From a virus (lineage: Duplodnaviria > Caudoviricetes): DNA of 24,976 nucleotides. Numbering within the stretch: position 1 is the first letter of the stretch; each line of letters opens with the position of its first letter. Both the position numbers and the translations under genes were made by a program. Under the pieces are notes generated by a model. That model ran no database searches, was not told the origin of the DNA, and worked only from the letters and a program-made list of their open reading frames with translations. Location: IMG/VR virus record IMGVR_UViG_3300021082_000090, positions 1-24,976 of that record; one strand, given 5' to 3'. Of this stretch, positions 24,271-24,976 are shown in pieces.

Positions 24271-24881
24271 GGGTCCTCATTGCCGGTGAATTTAGCGGCA
24301 AGGTACGCGACGCGTTTACGGCGCGCGGGCATTATGCGAAATCCGTCGACTATCGCCCAACGGAAACGCCTGGTCCGCATCATCAGGGATCGTGGTACGA
24401 CGCGGCGTTGTTGCATGAATCCTGGGACCTGATGATCGCGCATCCGGACTGTACGTTTCTCACAGTCTCAGGCGCCCGCTGGTTCGCCGTCGAATGGCGA
24501 CAGGAAGCACAGTTAGCGGCGTTGCATACGGTTCGCGCGTTGTTCAAGTTTCCCATTGACAAAATCGCAATCGAAAACCCAATCGGTCGCCTGTCCACGT
24601 TGTTCCGTCCGCCCGACCAGATTGTCCAACCGTTCCAGTTTGGCGACCCGTTCCGCAAAGCGACATGTCTCTGGTTAAAGAATCTCCCGCCGTTGGTCCC
24701 AACCCGTGACCTGGGCGACGGCGACGCCGCCTGTTGGCGCGAACCGCCCGGACCCGACCGCCAACGCAATCGCTCACGCACGTACGCCGGGATTGCGGAC
24801 GCCATGGCGGACCAGTGGGGTCAAACTACTTGCGACCGCAACGAATCAGGCGTTACGTTGATCGACGTAATGGCTCGATAA
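24267..24881 (+). CDS. Short phage DNA cytosine-C5 methyltransferase-like protein
   Basis: VLIAGEFSG (motif I-like), WDLMIAHPDCT.L (catalytic Cys motif IV variant), IAIENP (motif VI), QPFQFG...K.TCLW, RSRTY.GIA.AMA.QWG. Confidence 0.78.
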   Translation: MRVLIAGEFSGKVRDAFTARGHYAKSVDYRPTETPGPHHQGSWYDAALLHESWDLMIAHPDCTFLTVSGARWFAVEWRQEAQLAALHTVRALFKFPIDKIAIENPIGRLSTLFRPPDQIVQPFQFGDPFRKATCLWLKNLPPLVPTRDLGDGDAACWREPPGPDRQRNRSRTYAGIADAMADQWGQTTCDRNESGVTLIDVMAR

Positions 24882-24894
24882 AGTAACGTAACGC

Positions 24895-24976
24895 TAAGTG
24901 ATTGAAAACACAGGAGATACAGATACGCGGAGACCGGGGGGGATACCCAACCATACATTTTTTTTCGGCGGCGGAC
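24895..24976. promoter_or_regulatory. Probable cos-proximal region with an IHF-like site
   Basis: Minus strand TTTCAATCACTTA (24895-24907) is one mismatch from WATCARNNNNTTR. A G7 tract and a T tract follow. Position is just before terS if the genome is circularised. Confidence 0.4.

Larger units (their letters stand above)
1..24976 (+). mobile_element. Temperate HK97-like siphophage, probably a complete genome in excised/virion form
   Basis: Full packaging, head, tail, integration, recombination and replication modules. attP is intact and internal. No host genes seen. The window starts ~100 bp before terS and ends after the HNH region. Confidence 0.93.

Overview
The window looks like an essentially complete, very compact (~25 kb, roughly 65% GC) temperate HK97-type siphophage genome, linearised just upstream of terS and probably at or near cos. 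Left arm (+): terS, two small ORFs, terL, an RHH protein, a prohead protease-major capsid fusion, two small paralogous head proteins, portal, head-tail connectors, tail terminator, tail tube, tail chaperone with a -1 frameshift, tape measure, a large tail-tip protein and a receptor-binding-like protein. Centre: an intact attP (3' half of tRNA-Pro(GGG)) with arm-type and phased repeats, and a P4-like tyrosine integrase. The divergent switch region has no CI-like repressor: two tiny C4 zinc-finger genes face an XRE-HTH gene and alpA. Right arm (+): RecT-like annealase, PD-(D/E)xK exonuclease-like gene, many tiny Cys-rich and membrane ORFs, a GIY-YIG/T5orf172 protein, a candidate Cys-His-Asp hydrolase, a DUF1376-like initiator with 12-bp iterons, HNH, a restriction-like nuclease and a short C5 cytosine-methyltransferase-like gene. 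The most striking signals are (1) roughly tenfold depletion of RGCY in every sampled block, beside a nuclease/MTase pair; (2) zinc-finger genes in the repressor slot; (3) no canonical endolysin; (4) a fold-back RNA over a tiny membrane peptide gene next to attP; (5) mini-genes bracketed by duplicated stop/start junctions. All family assignments come from motif recognition by eye, not from database searches.
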